Source: Phoronis australis
Taxonomy: Eukaryota > Animalia > Phoronida
Length of the DNA: 64,000 nt
NCBI GenBank assembly: GCA_002633005.1
Contig: NMRA01000432.1
Coordinates: forward strand, 1-64,000
Direction: 5' to 3'
A program made the position numbers and the translations under genes. A model generated the notes under the pieces. The model saw only the letters and a list, made by a program, of their open reading frames with translations. It was not told the DNA's origin and did no database searches. Shown here piece after piece: positions 25,901-37,838 of the stretch; position 1 is the stretch's first letter; the number at the start of each line of letters is the position of its first letter.

Positions 25901-27126
25901 CTGAAAAAATACTTATAAGATTAATAAATCTGGACGAGTAAAATTCTTCACGAGTATAAAAGCCGACATATGTCTAGCCTAGGCCTTGAAAGAATACTTT
26001 ATTATTTTAACTGTCTTTTTTACGTTTGCGGACAGTAAACTAGTCTTCCGAAGTGGCTTTCGCACAACGCCATAATACCAGGGGCTTGCGGCCCAAACGG
26101 TGAATTCATTCGGTGAATTAAAAATTGTTAGTGACCTTATTGTGGTATTGAATTTTGAGTGCCGAATGATTTTTCTGCAGCCGCCGTGTTTTCGTGTTGC
26201 TTTCCTGGTTGTAAGCTTTATAAATAAACCTATCGCTGGGACAGTGTTTCACACTTTCCCGATGTGCTCCAGAGATTCCTGACAAGTACACGTATTCGCC
26301 GAGGAAATTTGCGTGTAAACTCAACTTTCGACAAAGTAAAAAATCTTTTGTTTTAACCCTTGTGTTGAAATGGATGATACTCCAGAAATTGCTCCGCTAG
26401 GATTTAGAATTACCACAATTATTATCCTCATTCTCGAACAAAGCATATCCATAGATATCACAGCGTTTTTGTTCAAATTATATTTCACTCATGTTTAGGT
26501 GTCAATGTTAAATTCTTAACCAAAAAGCGCTTTTGGATTTAAAAACACCAGCAGTTATCTTCGCTATCTTCTCTTACCATTTCCTAACGACTGTTATTTT
26601 TTTCGTATAATATACGCGGGAGCATTACACAGTGGATCAAGAAGACGTCATTTTTCGCCAGATCACCTAAGTGGATACTCCGAATAAGCCATTTACAAAC
26701 ACCTGCAAATATTGTGCAGCCTCCAATGCGATTTCAAAACGTCGTCAAACCTAATTTCGCAATAGAGGCACCTGAGAATCGCTCAGCGAGGGCGTTTGCT
26801 GTACCGCGGCAGTGCATGTGATCACTATCGCTGGTCACAAACGAATTAGGATAAGGTAAGGTTTTTGTTATGAACGGCATATATTCCTTGAAGTACATGT
26901 ATTGTTGGGAACACCGAAAATATGAACCAATGCAAATGTGTGCATTAAAATCAAGTCGTTGCTCTTTAACTGTTTTGAACATGACGTAGAGGTGCAGTCT
27001 ACACATAAAGACCTATGAAAACGTCGTCTTTTTAATGAAACCATAGTTAAATCAATTAAATTTGCACATTTGGGAATATTAAGTAAATCTGAAATCCAAA
27101 ACTGACTGTTCTGTCAACTAACTCAC

Positions 27127-27435
27127 AGTTAACAGCCAATGGGAGACTGGCGGTTACAGAATGTGCGATCCTACTGTTAGAGGCTGTACATTTCAGTGAT
27201 TGACCATTCAGAGACTGGTGTGCAAGCAGAGACAGGTCTGTGTGCCTTCGCTTCTCCTTCAAGTAATTGCGAGTGACACTGAAGAATTTTGAGTCAGTGT
27301 TGGAGCATTTTATTACCGCGCCTGGGAAAGCCTCGTCCGTTTCACACCTGATTGTGTACGTGCGTGATGGGAGCAGTATAACGTTCTCAAAAGGAGAGCC
27401 ATCTGCAGCCAAAAACGTCAATTTCGTGGGTCCAT
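27127..27435 (-). CDS. Multi-Ig gene, Ig exon 7 (B type)
   Basis: gcag|ATGGACCC to |GTGAGT; 309 nt. GPTKLTFLAADG...YTIRCETDEAFPGAVIKCSN...NGQSLKCTASN. Paralog of 13352-13660. Confidence 0.9.
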
Positions 27436-28250
27436 CTGCAACATAGTTGTAGAAGCCCTTGTGTAAAACATGTGTAAACACCAAAATACACTGCCAATGT
27501 TAGTGAAAACCTCAATTAAAATAATCGCATTTTATTAAACGAGTGAGAACTTTATCATCAGCACAATTTCACACGATTGATAGCTTGATTCAATGAAAGA
27601 AGGGGCCATTATATTTAAAAATAATTTTATGTCTTGGCCGATAACACTATCACTCTAAACCCTGTCATGAAATTCCCCTTTTCACTTGTTCTTTTTGTGA
27701 CGTTTTAAGAATACGGTATCATTCTTGAAACCAGAATTCACACGTAACCTCGCTTAGTTTTGATAAAACCTGTTAGAGCGAAATTTTATGTGCCTGAGCA
27801 ACCCCAAATTCCGAATTCGAGAATGGTGTGTATGTACATGTACGCTTTGCCTGTGACTGGCGTTGGTATGGAAAATAGAACTGTATCACGTTAAGGAATA
27901 TTAAGATATTGATTTTGTGAGAGTAGGACAAATTCGACATGGGTGGACGTTGAGTGAACGCAGGCTTTTGATAGGCTTCTTACGCCACTTTCTATTGTTA
28001 CGTAATAGTGAATTCACGATAGAGCAGCTGTAATCAATACAGAAAAAATTCCAAGGTAACCAAGAGCCAATATTGTCATTATAGCTAACAGTAAATAAGA
28101 GTGTTTTCAACTTTTTAAGACGACCACCTGAAAGATCCAATCGTTGTCATCGTATTAGCGGATATGTACTTGTTGTGGACCCGATGTTCAAGCTAATCTC
28201 TCTACCTTACTGAAGGAACTACATGACGGGGTTGACGAATATTTACTTAC

Positions 28251-28562
28251 ACATGCCAATTAATGTCAATGCTGTCTGCACTTTGAACGCACTGTGCGCA
28301 CTGTTCTCCGCACTGCAGCGAAAGGTTTTATTCTCTCTATGTGGAGGTTTTATTATGACTTCTGAGTAAAATATCGATCCAAAATTCACGTCGGGTGTGT
28401 TGCCCAGTAATCCTGTCATGGACTTCCATGTCAGCTTGACGTCTGGATATGCTGGATCTGTCGTGCACGTCAGAATGATATCCTTTCCGTCTTCAACCTC
28501 CACTCTGGCGCCATCTGCGTATCGCTTGTTTCCACTCGTTATAGTGACTTCAGTTGGACCGA
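28251..28562 (-). CDS. Multi-Ig gene, Ig exon 6 (A type)
   Basis: gcag|TCGGTCCA to |GTAAGT; 312 nt. GPTEVTITSG...IILTCTTDPAYPDVKLTW...FRCSAEN. Paralog of 14640-14951. Confidence 0.9.
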
Positions 28563-29434
28563 CTGCAAAGCGTTCTAACATAATTTTTACATCAGGTACT
28601 CCACAAACTTGTGAGATGCGTAAATTACATATCAGAACTTTTGGAAACTCACAGAACTATTTCTCTCGACGCCGCGGTTGGCTTTTTCAAATGGTGGTTG
28701 ACGACATAATGACTTCCGCAAAAATTGCATTGACATCTGTAGGTGCTCAAAGACAGCAACCCGTTTCACTAAAATGCATAAAGTGAAGATGTTTTTAACA
28801 AAATCCTCACGGAGATTTACCCCCAGTTGTAAGATTTGATGTAACTGTCTTCGTTTTGACTTCATAAAGTACATCATAAAATTACGATATTTCTGTGAAA
28901 CAGACCCATGGACCAGAGCGCAAAACTTCAAAACGGTCTCTATTCAAGATAATCTTGGCTTTCATCCACAAACCCTCAATGACCCTCTACGTCCCGCTGA
29001 CTAAAATAAATGCGGCGCGTCAACGTGAAACTAAGGTATTCAAACACTGGAATATAAGCAAATGACATTCGTTTTTCGGTAACAAGACATTCGTTATTTG
29101 GGCCTCTGTTTCATCTTTTTTATACAAGATTCATCTTCATCGCAGAAAACGTGATACAACACTCCGTTGGCAGAGATTTATTCAGTCATCAATTGCAAGG
29201 AGCCAGGGATTCTGCAACGTAGAGAAATGTTCCAGTCTGTTTTCAGAAGATTTTCCATTCAGATTATTTACAATAAGTGTAACTAATTACTTCTACAAGA
29301 GGGAAGGATAACGTCGGTCCTCATTATTTTGTACAGTCCGCTAGATAACGCGTTAACTATTAAGAACGACCACAATGCGAGTAGAGGCATGAGCAAGCTG
29401 AAAAGTACTAGAAAACAAAAATATTCTCACTTAC

Positions 29435-29746
29435 AAAAGACTTTCAGGTGAAGAGGCTTCATCAGTGATATCTTTTTAGATTGTGTGTTAAACGCAATAC
29501 AGGTTATAGTGTGCCCGTTTTGTTTCTGTGTCGCCGTGAAGGTAAACGACCGGGAATACTTCTTGCCCTTTTGAATAACTTCCTGTAGAACGCCAGTTGA
29601 TACATCCTCACCAGACCATTCAACAACTGCCCCTGGGTAAGCATCGTCCGTGAGACACGCTACCGTGTAGCTGTTGCCTGCTGCAAGTTTTGAACTTAAA
29701 AAATTCTCTCCAGTCACGGTTGTGAATTTCAGTGAAGACGGTCCAA
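29435..29746 (-). CDS. Multi-Ig gene, Ig exon 5 (D type)
   Basis: gcag|TTGGACCG to |GTAAGT; 312 nt, phase 1/1. GPSSLKFTTVTG...YTVACLTDDAYPGAVVEW...NGHTITCIAFN. Confidence 0.9.
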
Positions 29747-30023
29747 CTGCAATTGGTAAATTAACACAGTATTATACTGTTTTAACAGTAATTTAAAATT
29801 GCTTTCACATAAGAAAGCGCGTGTCCAGTTTAGGTCCGTTGCGTAAACGGAAGTTTAGTGGGAAACTTGCTAGTTGAATGTGCTACACTGTTTCGCTGTG
29901 CTTTTTGTGCAGCGACGGTGTTGAAAACCGAGCAAATCTGGTTTACCCGGTGTGAGTATACACCTTTTGACCAAGCTAGACTCACGTGCATGCACACCTA
30001 GACTATATACGCGTCAACGTTAA

Positions 30024-31717
30024 AGGCGAAGGCAACCTTTTTCCGTGTCATTTTGAGCTAAAATAAGGTTGGTTGGTTATCCTAGACATATTTTCCACTT
30101 AATTACAGCTTTTTGTAATTTTATTAATTACTCGTCCGCTCCTCCGGGAGTGACGTTTTAGGAGGCAAGCGTTTCCCGCCACTTGGTTTTTGCGTTGACT
30201 TTACCGTGCGAATCTGTTCTATTCTACTATTGTTTTGTGCGGTTTTTTAACAATTGTCGCCACCACTTTCCATCGGCGAGTATTCTGCGGCAAGATAGGT
30301 TAGTAGAGAACTCAACTACGTTGGATTTAGGGATTGTTTAGTGTTTTGTAAGCTGAAAATGGCTGGAGTCGGTGACCCGTATCACAGTGACAGTAGTGTG
30401 AGTGACGGAGACCTTGTTCACAGCAGTGGTGACGAGGAATTTTTTCACGGATATTCAGTGGGTGGGTACATGTTTGAGCCCGAGTATAACGAAGCAGAAA
30501 CGAGAGAAACGAGGCGGCTACTGAGGACAGACGTGGTGACACATCTTGGTGCAAATACACTGTGTGCGTTGTCATGCCTACCTCAATCGAATGCTTGTGC
30601 TGTTCAGAGTTCGAAGAGGCCAAGCCACTACTGGACATGGCTAAGTGGACCTCCGGCATACCAAGGATAGAGGAACAAGTGTCCCACTTGCCAGAGTGTC
30701 CCGTGACACACTCCCACTGGATGGTGACCTGAGCACCCAAACTGCTTACATCGTGTCGTGTGACTCCCTCACAACACACCTGGCACCTTCTAAATAGACA
30801 AGTCCACAATAAACTTATCAAAGTTTGGCTCACCGATCTGTTCACTGAACGACGANNNNNNNNNNNNNNNNNNNNNNNNNNNNNNNNNNNNNNNNNNNNN
30901 NNNNNNNNNNNNNNNNNNNNNNNNNNNNNNNNNNNNNNNNNNNNNNNNNNNNNNNNNNNNNNNNNNNNNNNNNNNNNNNNNNNNNNNNNNNNNNNNNNNN
31001 NNNNNNNNNNNNNNNNNNNNNNNNNNNNNNNNNNNNNNNNNNNNNNNNNNNNNNNNNNNNNNNNNNNNNNNNNNNNNNNNNNNNNNNNNNNNNNNNNNNN
31101 NNNNNNNNNNNNNNNNNNNNNNNNNNNNNNNNNNNNNNNNNNNNNNNNNNNNNNNNNNNNNNNNNNNNNNNNNNNNNNNNNNNNNNNNNNNNNNNNNNNN
31201 NNNNNNNNNNNNNNNNNNNNNNNNNNNNNNNNNNNNNNNNNNNNNNNNNNNNNNNNNNNNNNNNNNNNNNNNNNNNNNNNNNNNNNNNNNNNNNNNNNNN
31301 NNNNNNNNNNNNNNNNNNNNNNNNNNNNNNNNNNNNNNNNNNNNNNNNNNNNNNNNNNNNNNNNNNNNNNNNNNNNNNNNNNNNNNNNNNNNNNNNNNNN
31401 NNNNNNNNNNNNNNNNNNNNNNNNNNNNNNNNNNNNNNNNGTGTGGCATGTTGACTGACTAGTAAATGAAAGCAAACGACGACGGAACTTAACACAACCG
31501 AGGTAGAACAATGACTGACTCGGCAGCTCTCACAGTCAGACTATATGAAAAGAAATTGGCGCGAAATGCTTGCCTCCTAAAACGTCACTTCCGCAGTAGC
31601 GGACGAGTAGTTAATAAAATTACGAAAAGCTACAGTAATTAAGTGGAAAATATGTCTAGGATAACCAACCAACCTTATTTTAGCTCAAAATGACATGGAA
31701 AAAGGTTGTCTTCGCCT
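30024..31717 (+). mobile_element. Kolobok-type element with long TIRs and a KolX/P2X7-ballast-like remnant
   Basis: TTAA|AGGCGAAGGCAACC...GGTTGTCTTCGCCT|TTAA with TIRs of more than 150 bp. The interior has GYMFEPEY and, after a frameshift, SWCKYTVCVVMPTSIECLCCSE. Spans the N gap at 30856-31440. Confidence 0.8.
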
Positions 31718-32439
31718 TTAAACATCATACAATCCATGAGATACGCTTGATGCACTTGCACTCATTTTGTCACGCACTCTAAATTTGGGTCGAACTATTT
31801 ATTATCAAACAGCTGCAAATCGTGTAGGGGACTCGTTATTCTATTCTATTATTTTTCTTTCAAACAAGATATTTGTACAACAACGGGACAACTTTCAACA
31901 AGCTGATCGATAAGTGATATTTTGCAAAATTTAATAAATGTTTTGTCGCCTTGTGTGGCATTTTATCATCACAGGCAGGGCTCTTGCTGAAAATTCACAT
32001 TGAGCCCTCAAAACAGCTAACACTTGAAGTTGATAGAATTCACAAACTTGCGTTGGAGTTTTTTATTAAAGCTCGTGGTCCATTGGGTGGTGACGGAAAA
32101 TCTTATTTCACTTGAAGACATTGGCTATGATTTACGTGCCGATTCATGTTCTGTCACGTGATTGGAGGGGCCCAGCCCGAAGGCGACTGAAGAACCAAGA
32201 TGTTTGTATTATGATAGCGAGCCTCACCTAAAGCCAGTCAAAAAGCGGGCCAATTATGCAACTTTACGGAACCCCACGAGAAGATAGATGAACAATGGGA
32301 CCTCTTGTAATAGTCAGGGGCCGTGATCAAAGGTAGAAAACAGTGGCGCCCCCTATACTAATGTTGGGTATCCTAATAATGTAACACAGTTCGCTCTTCA
32401 GCAGCCTATAGACTCTGTGGCCTCCTTCCAGTGGGCTGC

Positions 32440-32860
32440 CTATACTAAAGTTGACGACCTCTCTCTTCGGGCGGGGACACTCATATTAATATAAGAGGCC
32501 TCGCCGGAAGACGGCCGGAGAGCGGGGCCCATAGGGGTCCCGTTCTTCGGCTGCCTTTGGCGAGGCCTTCTATATTAATATAAGGGCCCCACTTTTCGAC
32601 CGCCTTTCGGCGAGACCGCCTATAATAATATAGGTGGCCTGGACTAAAGGCAGCTGGAGAGCGGCGCCTTCCACATTAATATAGGTAGCCCCGCTCTCCG
32701 GCCGCCTTTCGGCGAGGCCCTCTATATTAATATAGGCGGCCTTGCCGAAAGGCGGTCGAAAAACGAGGCCCTGTATATTAATTAAGAGGGCCCCGCTCTC
32801 CGGCCGCCTTTCGGTGGGGCCCACTATATTAATATAGAGGCCTCGCTTTTGAGGCCCGAA
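32440..32860. repeat. GC-rich degenerate repeat array punctuated by the palindrome TATATTAATATA
   Basis: Recurrent (ta)tattaatata(g) motifs alternate with ccgctctccggccgcctttcgg units in both orientations. Confidence 0.75.
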
Positions 32861-35807
32861 AGTCAATTTTTGCCTATGCCATGTTAATACGAATAAGTCA
32901 TTTTAAATAATAGGGTCTTCTAAGTGCTTCTCTGCAGCTTAACGGGAGTCAAACTGTTCACCATGTATTTTGCGATTTGTTCGTAAAGACATATTTCAAT
33001 TTCTGTTGATGTAGAGACATTTTCACGAAAGCCCAATTATAGTACTATTTTGATGTGGAGAAAAATATTTTATTGTGGGGCGGCCACCACATAATAAAAT
33101 ACTTTTCGTCACTTTAAAATGACACTATTGGTCTTCCGTAGTCAACAGGTCGCCACTCTGTCGAATTCTCTTCCACACGGCAACGCATCTCTCCTTATTT
33201 GGTGTAGCAAGACGTAGGCGCATTTCCCTTCCACGAAAAATGTGACATTTGGCGACTTAAAGCAGCAGCCAGTCCGACTCCTTTGAGCGCATAGACGCAT
33301 ACTTATTAGTAAGGGCAGAGAATCTGAGATTTGTATTTGGATGATTTTTTTTATTTTGTCTGTAAGTCAAAAGTATTGTATCTGACGTTTTTTCCATAAG
33401 TCATTGCATCATTCAAATTAAATTGATGACACGTTAGTATACACAAGAAGTAGATTCTCTTTGATTTGCCTAAATGGTATTTTTTCGAGTTTCACGTTCC
33501 GTGCCTCACTAACTATGTCGCTATATGAGGAATGGCGTTGAATCTGTAAAGATAACATCTTTCAAACACGTTTTGATGTCTAAAGTCGCTCTCTGTACGT
33601 TTCACTTGCCTCAACCCTGAATAAGTTTTCGTAGTATGGATAAGTTAAGAATGCATCCTAACGAATGAGCACTGCACAGAACACACTTGGCATCTGTGTA
33701 TTAAGGATAGCCTCCAGCGACCAAAACACCCTTTTGACACCAGAAATACATACATGTATCTGTTAATAAAATATTGTTTTTCTTTCTTGCATACCACAGA
33801 AAGTAAATGGGGCTATTCGGAAAATCTACAATAACTAGAGGGCGTGCGTGTACTAGTGGTGATAGATTAACAGCCTCGATTTCGCGAGCATGGTGAAATG
33901 GCTTGCAGCCGTGCCAACTGAATCTGAGATTGCGTAAAAAGAGTGCTTCTATGAGAGGAAGTAAGCACGACCTCATACAAAGATAAGGTTTGTGATTATT
34001 TTAACGATTATTCCACGATTATTCTACCGATGCCTGTTAACTGAGGCACTCGCCGATGTCGACTTCGCGGCAGTCAGTCGCCAGCCAGAGTCTGGTTAAT
34101 CTTTGTATGTTGTGATATGTGATACGATACTTGACGTAGTAATCGGGATCTTTTCGTACACCAAAACATTATTATTGTTTGGAATGATTTCTAAAAGTTT
34201 ATCAGTGACAGTTACATCAATCAATGCTGAATGTTTACGCTGTCAACTCGATACAGGTTAATGAGTTAAGATTACAATCCAATCCCAATGGCAAAGGGTA
34301 CGTGTGTGATAAATATTCATTGCATTAGACTATTTGTTTACTCCCTATCATATGTCTTCTGGAAATCTATTACACGTTAAAATGGAAATCTATCACGTCA
34401 GTTTTCACGTAACCTTTGGATTTTAGGTTTGAAGGCCTGTACCTTGCAGAGGAGATATGCATCGCTTCTGCACCGTCCCTGAATGGACAAAAATTGGTTT
34501 TTAGCATTTGACTGCAGCTAACCAACAAGATCTTCCCGTCCAGTGCAGATCTGTTGTCAAAGCCTACTTTCAATATTGGAGACAACTAACAAAGCCTTTG
34601 AAAAGGAACAGCTATTTTAAAGTCATTTTGTTAAGTTACTTATTCAGGTCCCGAGGGGGATTGGCATGGGGGGTTGTAATATTTGGTACAACTAAATGTG
34701 TGGAAATAACAGGTAATACATGTTTGGGGAAAAGAGCATTGTGAGGTAATTCTTAACCTTCACGAAGTCCCTTCAAGTTGATTTCATGAAACTGTTTTGC
34801 TACTTGTATCAATTGTAAAACCACAAAAATATATTACATTTTCCGAATTCACAGTGACTGAATAGTCTTAACTCATGCCTTGAAATGCTGCAAGTGGTTT
34901 TAAATTCAAATGACTGCCATTTTTGTGAAAATTGCATTTTTGATGGTGCCTTACGATTTGTAATTACTCTTAAACAACAGAAAGATTATCCATCATTTTT
35001 GAATTACCCAAGTCTTCATATCTTCTATTAGAAGAAAAACGGTTCCCTCAACCTTAGGCTAGAAGTATGCTTGACAGACCCATGAACCTGTAATCTGAGT
35101 TTAAAATTGCTGAAAGTATCAAAATTAAAAAGGCTTGAAAATGGGTAACAAAGGTTTGAAGTTGTCTCAAAAAACTTGTATATTTTACAGACAAGTGATG
35201 CGTTTAAAGAATTGTTATGNNNNNNNNNNNNNNNNNNNNNNNNNNNNNNNNNNNNNNNNNNATTTAACAATGTGTATTTTTCATGACACTTAAAATGTGC
35301 TTCTGATCTCAACAAGTAAAATTCATTCTAGGTGTCAATTTTTTTCCAATGCAATGTTACGACATTTACTGAATTAAGGCTTATTCATGTTAATTCGATA
35401 ACTGGGCTGGTGGTCTCGGGCGTGGGGTTAACGATAAAATAAGGAAACTCACTCATCTAGAGAATTTTATTGGAAACAGCATAGCTTTGAAGAGAAACTG
35501 CTGTGAAAAAGACATTCTTGACTTCTGTGCATCACGTACCATACACCTCTTATTTTGGGAGCACTTCCACCCAGGACAATATGAATATGTGCTGCTAGCT
35601 TACCCGGTATCGGGTGAGTTTCCAAAAAAAACACTTGGTTCCATTCAATAAAACTGTTATTCAGTGGGGTAACTGGTGGGGATAACATCACCGAACGATG
35701 TTGATAGAAACTGATTGCTAAAAATACGATGAATGTTTTCAGTCATCCAGTTGGGTCAGTATAAGAAACAATAAATAAATCTATTTCTGGACTTACGGTA
35801 TGTAGAG

Positions 35808-35850
35808 ATGGCTACGTTGCGTCCTCCTCTCGAGGACTTCATCAGGCCAC
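35808..35850 (-). ncRNA. Second copy of the minimal hammerhead ribozyme
   Basis: Exact reverse complement of 37029-37071. Confidence 0.75.
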
Positions 35851-37028
35851 TGAGTTGTCACGTGACTTGTCATGTGATCCGTCGCACAGTTTCCTCGGGA
35901 TTCTCTTCAGCGCCCTATCCCATGTCCTAGGTAAGTGAAACCGCAGCCCCCCTGTCTATTGAGGCTAGGATTCTCGATTCTCTCGTAGATAGCTTCTTTG
36001 ACCACTCCGAAACCAATTTTCTTCTCTATCCAGGATCTTCACATCTTCCATGGCGAAAGAATGGTCTGTGGAAGCCATGTGAGTAAAAACTGTAGAATCA
36101 TAGCAGTCCCCATTACTGGACCTCCGATTCTGGTTGAAACGACTTTTCAGGGCTTGTTTGGTTTCCCCAATATATGCTGCTCCACACCCCAGTTCCGAGC
36201 ATGAAATGACATACACCACATTTGATGTTTTCTCTTTGCTGGTTTTGTCTTTCACATTTAAAAATTGACTCCGTATGGTGTTAACAGGTTTGAATACAAC
36301 AGCAATGTCATGTCCCCTCATATGTGATTTGATCTGATCAGCGATCCCTGGCACAAAAGGCAATGTTACCCTGATGTTTCCTCTATTGTCCGGCTGCGTG
36401 TTCTGAGGCCTGACTCTGTAATGGTTTGCCATGTAATGGAATGACCACTTCGGGTAGCCACATCTTTTCAGCACTGTTCTGTTCTGTTCTAATTCAAAAT
36501 CAATGTCCTCCTCTGTGTTGGGGATGGTTCTCGCTCGATAATCCAAAGTTCTAATCACGCCTAGTTTGTGAATCAACGGGTGATTGGAGTCAAACGGAAG
36601 ATAGTAGTCCGTGTGAGTGGGCTTCCTATAAACCAGCAAAGAGAAAACATCAAATGTGGTGTATGGCATTTCATGCTCGGAACTGGGGTGTGGAGCAGCA
36701 TATATTGGGGAAACCAAACAAGCCCCGAAAAGTCGTTTCAACCAGCATCGGAGGTCCAGTTATGGGGACTGCTATGATTCTGCAGTTTTTACTCACATGG
36801 CTTCCACAGATCACTCTTTCGCCATGGAAGATGTGAAGATCCTGGATAGAGAAGAGAATTTTGGTTTCGGAGAGGGGTCAAAGAAGCTACCTACGAGAGA
36901 ATCGAGAATCCTAGCCTCAATAGACAGGGGGGCTGCGGTTTCACTTACCTAGGACATGGGATAGGGCGCTGAAATGAATCCCGCGGAAACTGTACGGCGG
37001 ATCACATGACAAGTCACGTGACAACTCA

Positions 37029-37071
37029 GTGGCCTGATGAAGTCCTCGAGAGGAGGACGCAACGTAGCCAT
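37029..37071 (+). ncRNA. Minimal type I hammerhead ribozyme of the Penelope-like element (variant GCAA core)
   Basis: GTGGC-CTGATGA-A-GTCCT(loop)AGGAC-GCAA-CG-TA-GCCAT. Stem I GTGGC/GCCAT, CUGAUGA box, stem II, palindromic ACGT stem III and GUA cleavage triplet. Confidence 0.75.
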
Positions 37072-37673
37072 CTCTACATACCGTAAGTCCAGTAGTAGAT
37101 TTATTTAGTGTTTCTTATGATTGCTAAAAACTTACCAAGTAATGTTGTGCTATTGTGTAGTCTCCGAATGGAACTACATGGTCATAGAGCACACACGGGG
37201 CTTCAGCATCCACAGACTTTTTGTTAGTTAGTTGACCCTTTTGACTGCAATTGTCCACGAATATAGTAACCTTAGGTCTTTAGGGAATTTGTGACCACCT
37301 GTCGAAGACTTGCACCAGGGAAATTAGCAGTAATAAGGCTTACCGCGACGACGTATTTTGATAAAAATTCCATCTTTTACCAGTTGTTTACATGCAGACA
37401 GCCACGCATGTGCAATTCAATCACCACTAGTACAGCAGCGACACCGCGAGGAGAATTCTCCGAATAGCCCCATTAACTGCGACTCAAATTATACCGTCCA
37501 TAATACGTAGCCCCTGCGAGCGCCGCAGAGAAATTCTCAACCAACCAGCGTAGAGTGGTACATACATGGATGACTTCATCGTGCTGACGACATTTTCCCT
37601 AAAAATTTAGCCTCAATGCGTAACAGCTGAGTGTCTTTTATTGGACTTAGGCTAGTTATCGGTCTCCGGAGTA

Positions 37674-37838
37674 AAATGTCGCGTTGCATACGGGTGCAGC
37701 AATGCAAGTGGCCTTGACGTACATTTGTGCAACTTCCAAGCCGATCCCGTCATGTGCCGTGCATGGAATGGATTCTTATCCACGACAATGACTGGCGACT
37801 AAATTCCCGATCAGCAAATTGTCATCATCTCCCAAGAG
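37674..37838 (+). pseudogene. THAP domain fragment (transposon derived)
   Basis: CRVAYGCSNASGLDVHLCNFQADPVMCRAW followed by a stop. Part of it is repeated at 37923-38047 across a single N. Confidence 0.55.

Larger units (their letters stand above)
35725..37118 (-). mobile_element. Penelope-like element, 5'-truncated, with inverted duplication of its 3' end
   Basis: RT C-terminus/thumb VYRKPTHTDYYL..SNHP..HKLGVIRTL and GIY-YIG endonuclease NVVYVISC..C.AAYIGET. The segment at about 36631-37118 is an inverted copy of about 35761-36244. 13-bp TSD TGATTGCTAAAAA at 35712-35724 and 37118-37130. Confidence 0.92.
33809..37471. mobile_element. ISL2EU-like (PIF/Harbinger-related) DNA transposon, copy 1, host of the Penelope insertion
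   Basis: TIR GGGGCTATTCGGA...TCCGAATAGCCCC flanked by AT. Interior is homologous to 48898-53988. N gap at 35220-35261. Confidence 0.7.

Noticed and set aside
30327-31511. Long ORFs of 217-394 aa in the ORF track
   Set aside because: They run through the 585-nt N gap and are artefacts.
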